Shown in pieces: positions 36,801 to 45,772 of a stretch of DNA of 64,000 nt (position 1 is its first letter; each line of letters opens with the position of its first letter). The stretch covers positions 23,452-87,451 of the forward strand of contig CAZGQF010000002.1 in the NCBI GenBank assembly GCA_964527545.1, read 5' to 3'. Source of the DNA: Candidatus Undinarchaeota archaeon (lineage in GTDB: Archaea; SpSt-1190; DYHY01; CAZGQF01). Below the pieces are notes generated by a model. That model worked only from the letters and a program-made list of their open reading frames with translations. It was not told where the DNA came from and searched no databases. Both the position numbers and the translations under genes were made by a program.

Positions 36801-39366
36801 CCTCAACGCTCGAGTTGGCGTCGATCTCGACACTCACGAAGCCGAACTCTGCAGGAGACGCCTTTGAGTTGTTGAGGGAGAGCGTGTGGCGGACGTTGAT
36901 GGTGCTGGGCTGGGGGAAAGGCGGGTTGGAGTAGCCGCGGAACTCTATCTCTTCGCCTCTCGAGAAGTCGTCAGTGTCTATCTCGTAGGTCCCAGTCCAG
37001 ACAGGAGTGCTGTTCCAGTTGCCTGCCGCGTCCCTCACTATGAAGGTGGCGTTGACCTCCGTGGAGTTGGGGAGCGACGAGAAGAACTTGATGCAACGGC
37101 CGTCCTCCACGTTGAGAGTCTCAGGCGTCTGCGCCGCGCCGTCGAAGTAGGCCGTTATGTTGCAATGCGTCGCACCACTATTGTCGTCGCTGACGTTTGC
37201 GTAGAAGACTGGCCTGTCGTTGGCCACCGTTTCGTTGACGGACGGCGAGACGCCTGTCACGTTCGGGTCTGTCCCGTCCACGGCGAGGTCGAGTCCGACA
37301 GTCAGGTTGGAGTAGCTGAAGCTGTCGGTCGCGTTGAAAGAGAGAGTGTGGTCGCCGCTGCCTCCAGGTATCTGGCAGGCGAGCGAGTAGTTGCCGTCAC
37401 CCGCCGAGCTGTCGATCCCTGCGCCGTCGTCCTTGAGCTCCGTCCAGCTCCCGCCGAGGGGAGTCAAGTTGAGTGTGAAGTTGGTGACCAAGCCGATGTC
37501 CTCCACTCTCGCGAAGACCTCGATCCAGTCGCCAGGCTTCACGACTGTGTCGTTGACCATGACGTCCAGTACGTCCGGCGCCGACCTGTCGATGGTGAGG
37601 TTGACCCGCTGGCTTGAGTTGTAGTGGCCGAAGGTGTCGTTGGCGAAAAAGATGATTGTCTGGTTGCCTTCCTCTGCCTCAGGCACGGTGTAGCGGGCAG
37701 AGTGGTTGCCGTCGCCCCCTGCGGCGTCTGGCTGGGAGCCGTCATCAAGAAGGCGGGCAGTGTTGAAGTCAACAATGTGCACGTAGGAGTAGGTTCCCGA
37801 TGCGTCGTAGTAGGTTATCAGCTCGTCAGTGCCGTCACCGTCACTGTCGATGGTCCCTTCCACGTAAAAACTGCTGATTATCTTGTCTGCAGTTAGGTTG
37901 AAGACGACGCTCCTGTTTACGAACGGATCGAAAAACCTTGAGTTGCCATAGTTGTTGCTGTCCGTGTAGACCAGCGTCTCCCTGTTTCCGCCGTAAAAGG
38001 AGCCCTTGCTCTGCGTTGAGGTTGTCAGCTCTCCGAACACGATCGGCGTATCAGCAATCTGTGTCTGGTTGTCGTAGAACTTCGAGTCGAAAATAATCTC
38101 CTTGCTTCCGTCCCCGTCGCTCTCGATGGCGACCAGGGACAACGAACTGGAGACCAACTCTGACGTGTTGTAGTACTCTTGTGTCTGGTTGTCGAAGATG
38201 TGGAGGTAGCTCGTAGTCGCATTCGAGTAGGCGATCTCCCCTGCACCGTCTCCGTCGATGTCGCCGCACACGAACTGCGAGGACTTTATGCTCGTATTCT
38301 CCAAGCGCCCTGTGGCGTTTTCGTAGATCATGACCCATTGTCCTGTTTTGTTCCTGAACAGTATCTCATCCGCACCGTCGCCGTTCACGTCGCAGAGATG
38401 GAGATACCCTGAGGCGTAATCCGTCACTGAATATGTCGTATTGGTCGAGTTGTCGAGGACGGCAACGTAGTAGCTGCTCATGTCTTCCGTGACGTTCAAA
38501 TAGACCACCTCGTTCTCGCCGTCGCCGTTCACGTCCCCGACTTGAGGCACAAATCCGAGCCTGCCGGTAGAGTCTGTCCTGCCGTTCGCAAAGTCCCTTA
38601 TCTCGATGGGAAAGCCAGTGGACCAGCTGCCCTCGGAGACGTTGTTGTAGACAAGTTCGTCCGCACCGTCGCCGTTCACGTCGCCCGATCCAAGCATGGG
38701 TGACCCTGTGTAGGTGAGCACGCTCGTGTTTGTCGATGCATGGTCGAAAGGCATCAACGCCTTGACGCCTTTTACATCACCGTCCGAGTTGTTGGCCATT
38801 GCATAGAGCTCGATGATTGAACCGTTTGTGACCAGCGTCTGGTTGACAGTGGCGTTGACAGTCGGCCAGGTTAGGTTGACATAGGTGTAGTTCTCTGCGT
38901 AGCAGGGCGCGTCTGTCGCGTTGTCCCGGGCGGTCGCGTTCCAGGTCACGTTGCCGTCTTTCCAGGCAGACATGAGGAGGGTTATGTTCAGGTAGTCGCC
39001 GGCGGTCGCATTCGGATAGTTTTCCTTGGGCGTGCAGTTGACTTTCTCCCTGTAGCCGTCGCTGTCCGAGTCCCAGACGCCGCACTCCCAGGCAGTCCCG
39101 TTCGCCTTCCCGGTCTCGTTCGACCACCATGTCGCCTCGGCGTAGGTGACATTGTAGTGCTCTCTCGGCGAGGTGATGTTCGAAAGTTCTGTCATGTTCC
39201 AGGACTCCGGCCCCTCGTTCCAGAGGGTGAAGTTGTAGTAGCGGGGGAGGGCAGACCCCACGTAGGCCGTCTCGTTGACAGTGAGATTTGCCGCGGCCGA
39301 GGCCAAGCCTAGCAGAAAGAGCAGGACCAGACCTTGCTTCAACACACGGAAGCAACTACAGACCAT
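33874..39366 (-). CDS. Giant integrin-like surface glycoprotein (FG-GAP-like repeats, Cys-rich stalk, TM, cytoplasmic tail)
   Basis: Signal peptide from ATG 39366 (track ORF extends to 39678); several D-x-N/D-G-D-G-x-x-E repeats; many N-x-S/T sequons; acidic linker; Cys-rich RCGDGLCEEDVCCEDCGC; TM VVIAAVVLLLLALAGG; about 110-aa tail. Confidence 0.7.
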   Translation of the reverse strand: MVCSCFRVLKQGLVLLFLLGLASAAANLTVNETAYVGSALPRYYNFTLWNEGPESWNMTELSNITSPREHYNVTYAEATWWSNETGKANGTAWECGVWDSDSDGYREKVNCTPKENYPNATAGDYLNITLLMSAWKDGNVTWNATARDNATDAPCYAENYTYVNLTWPTVNATVNQTLVTNGSIIELYAMANNSDGDVKGVKALMPFDHASTNTSVLTYTGSPMLGSGDVNGDGADELVYNNVSEGSWSTGFPIEIRDFANGRTDSTGRLGFVPQVGDVNGDGENEVVYLNVTEDMSSYYVAVLDNSTNTTYSVTDYASGYLHLCDVNGDGADEILFRNKTGQWVMIYENATGRLENTSIKSSQFVCGDIDGDGAGEIAYSNATTSYLHIFDNQTQEYYNTSELVSSSLSLVAIESDGDGSKEIIFDSKFYDNQTQIADTPIVFGELTTSTQSKGSFYGGNRETLVYTDSNNYGNSRFFDPFVNRSVVFNLTADKIISSFYVEGTIDSDGDGTDELITYYDASGTYSYVHIVDFNTARLLDDGSQPDAAGGDGNHSARYTVPEAEEGNQTIIFFANDTFGHYNSSQRVNLTIDRSAPDVLDVMVNDTVVKPGDWIEVFARVEDIGLVTNFTLNLTPLGGSWTELKDDGAGIDSSAGDGNYSLACQIPGGSGDHTLSFNATDSFSYSNLTVGLDLAVDGTDPNVTGVSPSVNETVANDRPVFYANVSDDNSGATHCNITAYFDGAAQTPETLNVEDGRCIKFFSSLPNSTEVNATFIVRDAAGNWNSTPVWTGTYEIDTDDFSRGEEIEFRGYSNPPFPQPSTINVRHTLSLNNSKASPAEFGFVSVEIDANSSVEEVTLDGTPLAYDKIENSTNDTVWFDVGTLSAGEKRDYFIDYNTTSLRNVNGTDRRNAEIVEGEPIKWTQNVTVVNDLIIGGTIQAIFPVPHDATNIRGVNWTVCDDCDNSSSTTGDFAKEVFFLGAGSSRKFNVTYDLPAPALTEETDTVFSSENETHVSWVEELTLENRASKEIDNVSVSFEAPTYNTTPYDLTYNGDAVPFEFSWPSWLNWTENATMPANSELTYNLEFETKKLNVSDVKWATPVKAEVAYPLNLSVVLQSYYGFSFWLDTEIVGLRTDRSDSDTLMPYENTTFSSNYEFDISDPAGVYTLRYNMTRTFYFDTPFSDTTTVTLLDTPVVPIELDQDEAEIGDWVEIEKGFFNNTGATATATYRFEIFDDDGELVINNTKYPVTWDGAIDLTSGDYADISRTKINRTNPPGTYSVYASLTSGTSYTALSRSGETINSSATFDIPTILDCSFNNEDITVGGTSRRSVQNIGNVATTLEVEIDEDEEEMYTDLEDEITLTPGQSRTIEIYVPTDDEGFEGTVTLKACDREVDVAVDVEPDLNGGGGFIGGGGDDDEEEEEGEEEEGNETEEVSQAETDFQELKDKIEEIRDLGIPLEIEQEVIEEIESMIAAGQLSDAETLISSLDSSIGTASVVDSYEPRMLTTSDVALELAKNYTNETDMEAINEEVIFEVEAEVVKWEVGGQTNYYTTITISAKLRSSKENALLVVTVPKDLAGDADSLRFFDQPIVFEDDPVFAYQLDTIGKTFRYQFLEDLDQGSLNMITTTAVAKRVPRCGDGLCEEDVCCEDCGCPEGEECNTSTHRCEEVEEEVDVEGAGGGISPVVIAAVVLLLLALAGGGYYLYKTKKDEGVNVAKVLESPDEYPIVYLTGYLKAVDEHNGNLTDDSGSIKVYSEGGLSDMSCMVKGRVENGILMAEEIIPVGNRLEKETQAGGGEGDTTTSGGFKGEETGSSPGTTGNQWTPPSQ

Positions 39367-39403
39367 TATTAAAGCTTTAAAGGGGCAGAGGGAGTTCGGG
39401 CGG

Positions 39404-39646
39404 GTGAGAGTCGAGGTCAAAGTCAGAACCAGCGCCCAAAAGGAGAGGATTGAGCTTGAGGACGGCCGCCTCGTCGTCTCCCTCAAGGAGCCAGCCAGGA
39501 AGGGAAAGGCCAATCTTGCCCTCGTGAAGCTCCTCGCCGGCAGGGCGGGCTGCTCTTCTGCAGAGGTGGCCTTTGTCAGCGGCCTCTCCTCGCGGAGGAA
39601 AGTACTTGAGTTTCCAGACTGCGAGATAGAGAAGCTGCTCGGATGA
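39404..39646 (+). CDS. YggU-like (DUF167/UPF0235) small protein
   Basis: VEVKVRTSAQKERIE...GKANLALVKLLA...VSGLSSRRKVLEF matches DUF167 pattern; in-frame GTG at 39404 proposed (track ORF from 39275 overlaps the signal-peptide end of the giant gene). Confidence 0.45.
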   Translation: MRVEVKVRTSAQKERIELEDGRLVVSLKEPARKGKANLALVKLLAGRAGCSSAEVAFVSGLSSRRKVLEFPDCEIEKLLG

Positions 39647-39830
39647 CTTTTGGCACGTTCGTGGCAAACCTCCCGCAATACTTATAAATGGCCTTTCTCT
39701 CCTCTCTGCAGAACTCACATCATCAGTTCGCATTCACTGTACATGGGAAGCGCCGGTTAACATTGATGTCTAGGCGCGGTTGCAGGGCAGCTCGGCTGAT
39801 TTTGCAGAGTTCTGAAGAAGGTGAAGAAGA

Positions 39831-41039
39831 ATGGGAAAGATAAGTCCAATCGCAGCAAAATACACTGTTAAGGCTAAACTGAAGGCCGAAGGGGTCGTCG
39901 AGAAGCCTGACGTGGTAGGAGCAGTTTTCGGCCAGACGGAGGGCCTCCTCGGAAGCGACCTGGAGCTGAGGGAGCTCCAGAAGAGCGGCCGCATAGGGAG
40001 GATCGAAGTCTCTGTCTCGAGCAAGGGGGGGAAGACCACGGGGACGATAGAGATACCTTCCTCAATGGACAAGGCCGAGACCGCGATAATAGGGGCGGCG
40101 ATAGAGACCATCGACAGGATAGGTCCCTGCGACGCCAAGCTGAAGGTCGTCTCCATCGACGACGTTCGCTCAAGCAAGAGAAAGTTCGTGAGTTCGAGGG
40201 CCAAGGAGCTTCTCAAGAAGATGATGGAGGGCTCAATGCAGGAGTCTGAGGAGCTGACAGAGGCAGTGAAGGACTCAGTCAGGGTGAGCGAGCTCGTCGA
40301 ATACGGCAAGAACAAAGTCCCTGCCGGGCCGGCCATCGACTCGAACGAGGACTTGATTGTGGTGGAAGGAAGGGCGGACGTCCTCAACCTGCTGAAGCAC
40401 GGCTTCAAGAACGTTGTCGCCATCGGCGGGACAAAGGTCCCGGACACGGTCAAGGAGCTGACAAAGCACCACACCGTCACCCTCTTCATCGACGGGGACA
40501 GGGGAGGAGAGCTGATACTGAAGGAGATGCTCCAGGTCGCCGAAGTCGACTTCCTCGCCAAGGCGACGCCTGGCAGGGAGGTCGAGGAGATCTCCGAGAA
40601 GGAGATCCACAAGGCGCTCCGCTCCAAGGAGCCGATAACACAGGCCATGCTCGAGGACGCTGGCGTGGGCGGCAAGAAGTCAAGGGACAGGAAGTCGAAG
40701 AAGTCCTCCAGCTACGACTGGAAAAAGGACGCCAAGTCGCTCGGAGAAGAGACCCGCAAGAAGCTGAAGGAGATAGCTGACGACCTCATCGGGACGAGGG
40801 GCGCTTTCCTGCTGGACGAGAAGAACGAGATACTGGGCAAGGTCCCCGTGGCAGAGCTCCGAAAGACCCTGAACAAGATCGAAGGCGTCAAGGCCATAGT
40901 GATGGACGGCAAGATAACGAGGAGTTTGGCCAAGATGGCGAGGGACAGCAAAGTCGAGACTGTCGTCGGCTCCAAGAGGGCAGGCCTGAGCAGCCCGCCG
41001 AGAGGGCTCATCATACTGACCGGCGAAGAGCTGGGCTGA
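39831..41039 (+). CDS. dnaG: Archaeal DNA primase DnaG (TOPRIM)
   Basis: TOPRIM motifs LIVVEGRADVLNL and TLFIDGDRGGE; archaeal DnaG-like N-terminal region. Confidence 0.85.
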   Translation: MGKISPIAAKYTVKAKLKAEGVVEKPDVVGAVFGQTEGLLGSDLELRELQKSGRIGRIEVSVSSKGGKTTGTIEIPSSMDKAETAIIGAAIETIDRIGPCDAKLKVVSIDDVRSSKRKFVSSRAKELLKKMMEGSMQESEELTEAVKDSVRVSELVEYGKNKVPAGPAIDSNEDLIVVEGRADVLNLLKHGFKNVVAIGGTKVPDTVKELTKHHTVTLFIDGDRGGELILKEMLQVAEVDFLAKATPGREVEEISEKEIHKALRSKEPITQAMLEDAGVGGKKSRDRKSKKSSSYDWKKDAKSLGEETRKKLKEIADDLIGTRGAFLLDEKNEILGKVPVAELRKTLNKIEGVKAIVMDGKITRSLAKMARDSKVETVVGSKRAGLSSPPRGLIILTGEELG

Positions 41040-41041
41040 AT

Positions 41042-41491
41042 TCAGCGGATGTAGCTGGAGTCGACCACTTCCTCGGACTTCTCCTCTTTTTTCTTGGGAG
41101 AGAAGTGGGGGAACTTGATGGGCGGCGGGAGCTGCATGTCGTCTGTCATGAGGACGCAGAGCCTGATGCACTTCCTGGTTATGGCGTTGAGGGCCATGAA
41201 CTTCGCGTCCTCCTTCAGCGAAGTCTCCGTCCCCTTTGTTTGGACAAGGTCTTCGATCTTTTCGTCTGTCAGGAAGGCCTCGCCCTCCACCCTGAAGTCC
41301 CCTATCCTCGGGTTGTAGCTGCTGGTGAAGACGAAGTCGACGGCAACGACCTCCTGGCCCTCGTGCTTCATCCTTGAGACCTTCCTGAGGTGCGTCGAGG
41401 AGGAGACTTTCACCTTCTTCGGCCTCCCGTGGGCGTGTATCCTGTCCGCCGCAATCCTTGCAAAGTAGATGGCATCGACTTCCATGTCCAC
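41042..41491 (-). CDS. Hypothetical protein
   Basis: 149-aa ORF convergent with dnaG; no motif recognised. Confidence 0.4.
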   Translation of the reverse strand: MDMEVDAIYFARIAADRIHAHGRPKKVKVSSSTHLRKVSRMKHEGQEVVAVDFVFTSSYNPRIGDFRVEGEAFLTDEKIEDLVQTKGTETSLKEDAKFMALNAITRKCIRLCVLMTDDMQLPPPIKFPHFSPKKKEEKSEEVVDSSYIR

Positions 41492-41546
41492 ACCCCTCAG
41501 CCTGCCTATTTAACTGCTCTCCACTCACCCATACCCAAATATATTC

Positions 41547-42554
41547 TTGGCCACTTTCTTTCCCATGCGACTGCCGCGCGCCACACTCCTCCTTCTCTTC
41601 GTCAACCTGCTCGTCTTCAGGCTCGCGGCCGGCTCCTTCTTTGCTTCACCTCTCGTCTCAGAGATCTCCCGCTTCGGCCTCTCGCCCGCCAACCCGCTCT
41701 CTGTCTTCACCTACCAGTTCCTCCACCTCTGGCCAGCCCATCTCGCCACCAATCTCTTTCTCCTACTCGTCTTCGGCTCCATAGTGGAGGGGGCGGTCGG
41801 CGGACACAAGACGCTGGCCCTCTACCTCTGTGGCGGCGTCACCGGCGGCGTCGTCCATCTTTTCTTGGAGGGCGGGACGGTGGTCTCGGGCGCCAGCGCC
41901 AGCGTCTGGAGCGTGGTCGGGGCGGCCCTTGTTCTCCGCCCGATTCTCTCCTTCACTTCGTTCGCCGCTTCCCTGCTGCTCGTCCCTTTCGCTCTCCACC
42001 CGTCAGTGCAGTGGGCGAGAAGAAGCTGGGAGGAGGCGAGAGGCGAAGAGCTGGGAGCAGTGGTCTCCAGGGAGGAAGAGGCGAGAGGCGAGTTTTTCAG
42101 GACTGCGCAGGAGGTCGCGGAGCTGATGGAGAACAGGTCCTCGGCCGAGAGCGAAGCTGCGGCGAGGGAGGACGAGCTGGAGAGGCTGGAGGAGATGAAA
42201 AAGGCCGGAGAGCTCTCGCCCGAGGAGTATGAAGATAGGGCAGAGCCCCTCGAGGAGGCTTTGGAGGAGAGAGAGGCGGAGATACGCGAGCTGGAGGCGA
42301 GGGTCGAGGAAGAGGAGCGTCAGCTCAACCAGACGGGAGAGCAGCTCTCGCGCCTCTCAAGGCTCTCATCGTCGCTGAGAAGAGAGATGGAGCTCTTCTA
42401 CTACTCTTCCCAGCTTGAGCAGGAGACGGCCACAGCGGAAGCTCCGCACCTGGCAGGCCTCCTGACAGGCTATCTCATGGTCATTCTCTCGGAGCCGCTC
42501 GCCTTCGAGAGATGGAAAAGGTATTTTACGGACTGGTGCGGGAGTGGGCCATGA
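41547..42554 (+). CDS. Rhomboid-like membrane domain fused to charged coiled-coil region
   Basis: N-terminal polytopic domain with rhomboid-like HLxxNL...GxxxEG and GASASVWSVVGA; C-terminal approx 170 aa E/R/A-rich coiled coil. Confidence 0.5.
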   Translation: MATFFPMRLPRATLLLLFVNLLVFRLAAGSFFASPLVSEISRFGLSPANPLSVFTYQFLHLWPAHLATNLFLLLVFGSIVEGAVGGHKTLALYLCGGVTGGVVHLFLEGGTVVSGASASVWSVVGAALVLRPILSFTSFAASLLLVPFALHPSVQWARRSWEEARGEELGAVVSREEEARGEFFRTAQEVAELMENRSSAESEAAAREDELERLEEMKKAGELSPEEYEDRAEPLEEALEEREAEIRELEARVEEEERQLNQTGEQLSRLSRLSSSLRREMELFYYSSQLEQETATAEAPHLAGLLTGYLMVILSEPLAFERWKRYFTDWCGSGP

Positions 42555-43891
42555 AAGAGATTGTCGTGGGGCGTGACGAGTCGGATCGCCAGAGGTTCGG
42601 CGATACTGGCCTCTCTTACCTGGCCAAGCACTACGTGACCACCGGCGACAAGACCAACCTCGCCAACAAGGTGATGATGGACTTCGCCCGCCCCCACGTC
42701 GTCTTCATCTGCGGCAAGCGCGGACAGGGAAAGTCCTACACTCTCGGCGTGATGGCGGAGGAGATGACACTCCTCGAGCCGAAGCTGAGAAAAAGGCTGG
42801 CCAGCGTCATCTTTGACACGATGGGCATCTACTGGTCGATGAAGTTCCCCAACGAGAGGGGAGAGCCCCTCCTCAAGGAGTGGGACCTGGAGCCGAGGGC
42901 AGTCGACACCAATGTTGTCGTCCCCTTCGGCTTCGTCGACCAATATCGCGAGTGGGGAGTCCCAGTCGACGAGACTTTCGCCCTCAAGGCGAGCGAGCTG
43001 ACAGCCAGCGACTGGTGCGCCACCTTCGGCATCGACCTCTTTGACAAGATGGGCATTCTCATCGACCGCGTGGTGAAGAAGCTTAAGGAGGGGAGCGGGG
43101 ACTACTCGTTCGACGACTTTGTCGACGCTGTCGGCCAGGACGAGAGGGCCGACGTCTCCGTGAGGGACGCTGTGGAGAACCGCCTCATGGCTGCGGAGGA
43201 CTGGGGCCTCTTCCACAGGAAGGGGACGAGCCTGAGCAAGATAATCCAGGCAGGAAAGGTCAACGTCCTCGACATCTCTGTCTACGGCGGCGCCATAGGG
43301 GGCTGGTCGACCCGCTCACTCGTGGTCGGCCTCATAGTGAAGCGCGCCTTCGAGGCCAGGATGATGGCACGCAGGATGGAGGAGATGGGGGCGATAAAGA
43401 CGGCCCAGAGCGAGTTCCAGACTGAGGAGAAGCTCTACAAGGAGGCGGTCGAGAAGATGCCGATGACGTGGTTCTACCTCGACGAGGCGCACGAGATGAT
43501 GCCGCGCACAGGCTCCACTCCAGCCCTCGCACCGCTGGTCCAGCTGATCCGCGAGGGCCGCCAGCCCGGTCTCACGCTGGTCGCCGCCACGCAGCAGCCG
43601 GGAAAGATCCACACCGACATGATGAGCCAGACCGACCTTGTGGTCTCCCACCGCGTTACCTCTGTCCCCGACATGGGAGCGCTCAACAACATCATGGGCA
43701 CCTACATGAGGTTCAATCTTGAGAACTACCTCGCCTCCCTCCCCAGGGAGAAGGGGGCGGCAATCCTCCTCGACGACAATTCCGAGAAGGTCTATCCCAT
43801 CAGGATGCGGCCGCGCCTCTCCTGGCACGGCGGCGAGAGCGCGACGCTGCTGAGAAGCCACGAACAGGAGACCGTAGAGGGAGTGGGCTGA
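42551..43891 (+). CDS. HerA/FtsK-superfamily P-loop ATPase (DUF87-like)
   Basis: Walker A GKRGQGKS and Walker B WFYLDEAHE; ATG at 42551 overlaps the upstream stop (ATGA). Confidence 0.6.
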   Translation: MKEIVVGRDESDRQRFGDTGLSYLAKHYVTTGDKTNLANKVMMDFARPHVVFICGKRGQGKSYTLGVMAEEMTLLEPKLRKRLASVIFDTMGIYWSMKFPNERGEPLLKEWDLEPRAVDTNVVVPFGFVDQYREWGVPVDETFALKASELTASDWCATFGIDLFDKMGILIDRVVKKLKEGSGDYSFDDFVDAVGQDERADVSVRDAVENRLMAAEDWGLFHRKGTSLSKIIQAGKVNVLDISVYGGAIGGWSTRSLVVGLIVKRAFEARMMARRMEEMGAIKTAQSEFQTEEKLYKEAVEKMPMTWFYLDEAHEMMPRTGSTPALAPLVQLIREGRQPGLTLVAATQQPGKIHTDMMSQTDLVVSHRVTSVPDMGALNNIMGTYMRFNLENYLASLPREKGAAILLDDNSEKVYPIRMRPRLSWHGGESATLLRSHEQETVEGVG

Positions 43892-45772
43892 CTACTCCTC
43901 AAGCTTCGGGACCATCTTCTCAACCAGCAGTATGAGGTCGCGGATGTCCGTCTTTGTGGGCATCTCCTTCAGCTCCTCCTCCATAGTGCGGGCCACGTTG
44001 GAGATCCTGCGCAGGTCCGCCTCCATCTCCGAGAGCTTCTCCCTGGTCTCGTGGGGCGATGCCTCCTCCAGCCTCTCTATCTTGTCCAGGAGTTTCTCCA
44101 CGTGCTTTTCGTGGGACTCCACGCCCTTCTCCATCCTCGCCAGGTCGGCGGACGACGTGTTGACTTTGGCATTGACCTTCTCGACGCGGTCGAGAAGTGA
44201 GCGTATCTCCCCTCTAATTGAGGCCGCGACCTTTCTCGCCTCCTCCCCGCTGTCCATCGCCTTCATCTCTTCCTTGGTGACCGCCTTCTCGCCGAGCTTC
44301 TCGACCCTCTCGATCAGCGAGGCCTGAGCCTCGCCGATTCCCTTTACGCTCTTGGCGATGGTGTTGATCCTGTCGTTCAGTATGTCCCTCGTCTCCCTCA
44401 AGACGCCGACCTCCTTCTTCAGCTCGTCGCCCGGAACAGACTCCAATCTCTTCTTCATCTCATGGAGCGGCTCCTGGAGCGCCTTCTCGACCATCTCGCG
44501 CTCCCTCTCCTTGCTTCTCTCCATCCTGATCTGGAGTTCGTCAATGACCTCGCCCATCTCCGATGTTTTTTTCTCCAGTCTTGAGAAACGGTCGTCCGCT
44601 TCCATCCCTGCCAGGATGCGCTGGTTCTGGTCCACGACCTCCTCCAGGCGGTCGAAGTCCTCCCTTGCCCTGTCCAGGCTCGCGCCCATCCCCTTCATCT
44701 TCTCTATCTCGCCCTGGAGGTGCTCTTCTCTCTTGCTCAGCTCCTTCAGCGCGTTCATCACCCTTTCGCTCGATGCGACAGTCTCCTTCCCGCCGACTGT
44801 CTTGATCTCGTCCTTGAGGTCTTCAACCCCCCGCCTCAAGTTCCTCTCTGTCTCCTCCAGCTTCTCCGCCAGCCCCTGCTGGGCCGACTCGACCTTCTCT
44901 ATCCTGGCCATCCCGCCGCCTGCTGCCTTGGCTGCCTCCTCGACGGCCTCCAGCTTCGCCTCCAGCTTCTCCGCCCTCGCCTTCCCCGTCTCCTCGACCT
45001 CCCTTATCCTCTCGACAAGGCCCTCCTCCACAGTCTTGCTCAGCTCCAGCTCGCTCTTCAGCTCCTCCCTCTCTGTGGCGCCCCTCCTTATCTCCATCAG
45101 CTCCTTGCTGACTGTGTTGCTCAGCTCCGAGAGGTTCTCCACTTTCGTTTCCAGCTGTTCGCACTTGTCGTGGAGCCGCGAGGTAAGCTCCATGTTCTTG
45201 CCGAACTTCTCCCCAAGGGAGCCGGCCTTCTGGGAGAGCTCCATCTTCTCACTCTCGAAGGCGAGCGTCGACTTCTCCAGCTTGTTGAGCCTCCTCTCTA
45301 TTGCGTTGATCGAGCTTATCAGTGTCTCCCTGACATCTGAGAAGAGCCGGATCCGCTCGTTGAGCTGGTCCATCTTCCTCTCGAGCTCCGTGTCGTCGAG
45401 CTTCTCCGCGATGGCGGAGAGCTGTGACTCCCTTTTCTTGGTCTGCGCCGAGACCATTTTCACTTCTTTGGAGAGCCTTGCTATGGCGGACTCTATGTCT
45501 GACTGCTGGCGCCCCCGCGAGACTATCTCGTCGCTTATCCTCTCCAGCCTCTTCTGGAGCTCCCTGACCTCCTGCCTGGCCTTCTGGTCCTCTCCCGTCT
45601 CCGAGAACTCGAGGACCCTCTTCCTTATCACGCCGTAGGCCTTGGAAAGCTCATCCAGCCGCTTGGACTGCGCGGAGAGCCTTCCGTCCAGGGCCTCCAA
45701 ACTCTTGGCGAGGCCGTCTTTCTCTTTTCTACCCTCTCTCGGGCCGAGCAGATCGTCTATAACGTTAGCCAT
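43892..45772 (-). CDS. Long coiled-coil protein (~625 aa)
   Basis: Continuous heptad-like E/K/R/L-rich sequence without TM or nucleotide-binding motif; start at ATG 45772; 8-nt overlap with upstream gene. Confidence 0.55.
   Translation of the reverse strand: MANVIDDLLGPREGRKEKDGLAKSLEALDGRLSAQSKRLDELSKAYGVIRKRVLEFSETGEDQKARQEVRELQKRLERISDEIVSRGRQQSDIESAIARLSKEVKMVSAQTKKRESQLSAIAEKLDDTELERKMDQLNERIRLFSDVRETLISSINAIERRLNKLEKSTLAFESEKMELSQKAGSLGEKFGKNMELTSRLHDKCEQLETKVENLSELSNTVSKELMEIRRGATEREELKSELELSKTVEEGLVERIREVEETGKARAEKLEAKLEAVEEAAKAAGGGMARIEKVESAQQGLAEKLEETERNLRRGVEDLKDEIKTVGGKETVASSERVMNALKELSKREEHLQGEIEKMKGMGASLDRAREDFDRLEEVVDQNQRILAGMEADDRFSRLEKKTSEMGEVIDELQIRMERSKEREREMVEKALQEPLHEMKKRLESVPGDELKKEVGVLRETRDILNDRINTIAKSVKGIGEAQASLIERVEKLGEKAVTKEEMKAMDSGEEARKVAASIRGEIRSLLDRVEKVNAKVNTSSADLARMEKGVESHEKHVEKLLDKIERLEEASPHETREKLSEMEADLRRISNVARTMEEELKEMPTKTDIRDLILLVEKMVPKLEE

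Noticed and set aside
39367-39678. N-terminal 104 codons of the giant surface-protein ORF
   Set aside because: Ser/Arg-rich extension with no signal peptide; the Met at 39366 is immediately followed by a canonical signal peptide and the extension overlaps the YggU-like gene.
44352-45638. 428-aa Ser-rich ORF on the plus strand
   Set aside because: Antisense to the coiled-coil protein gene; composition (S/L/F repeats) is the mirror of the sense-strand E/K/L codons.
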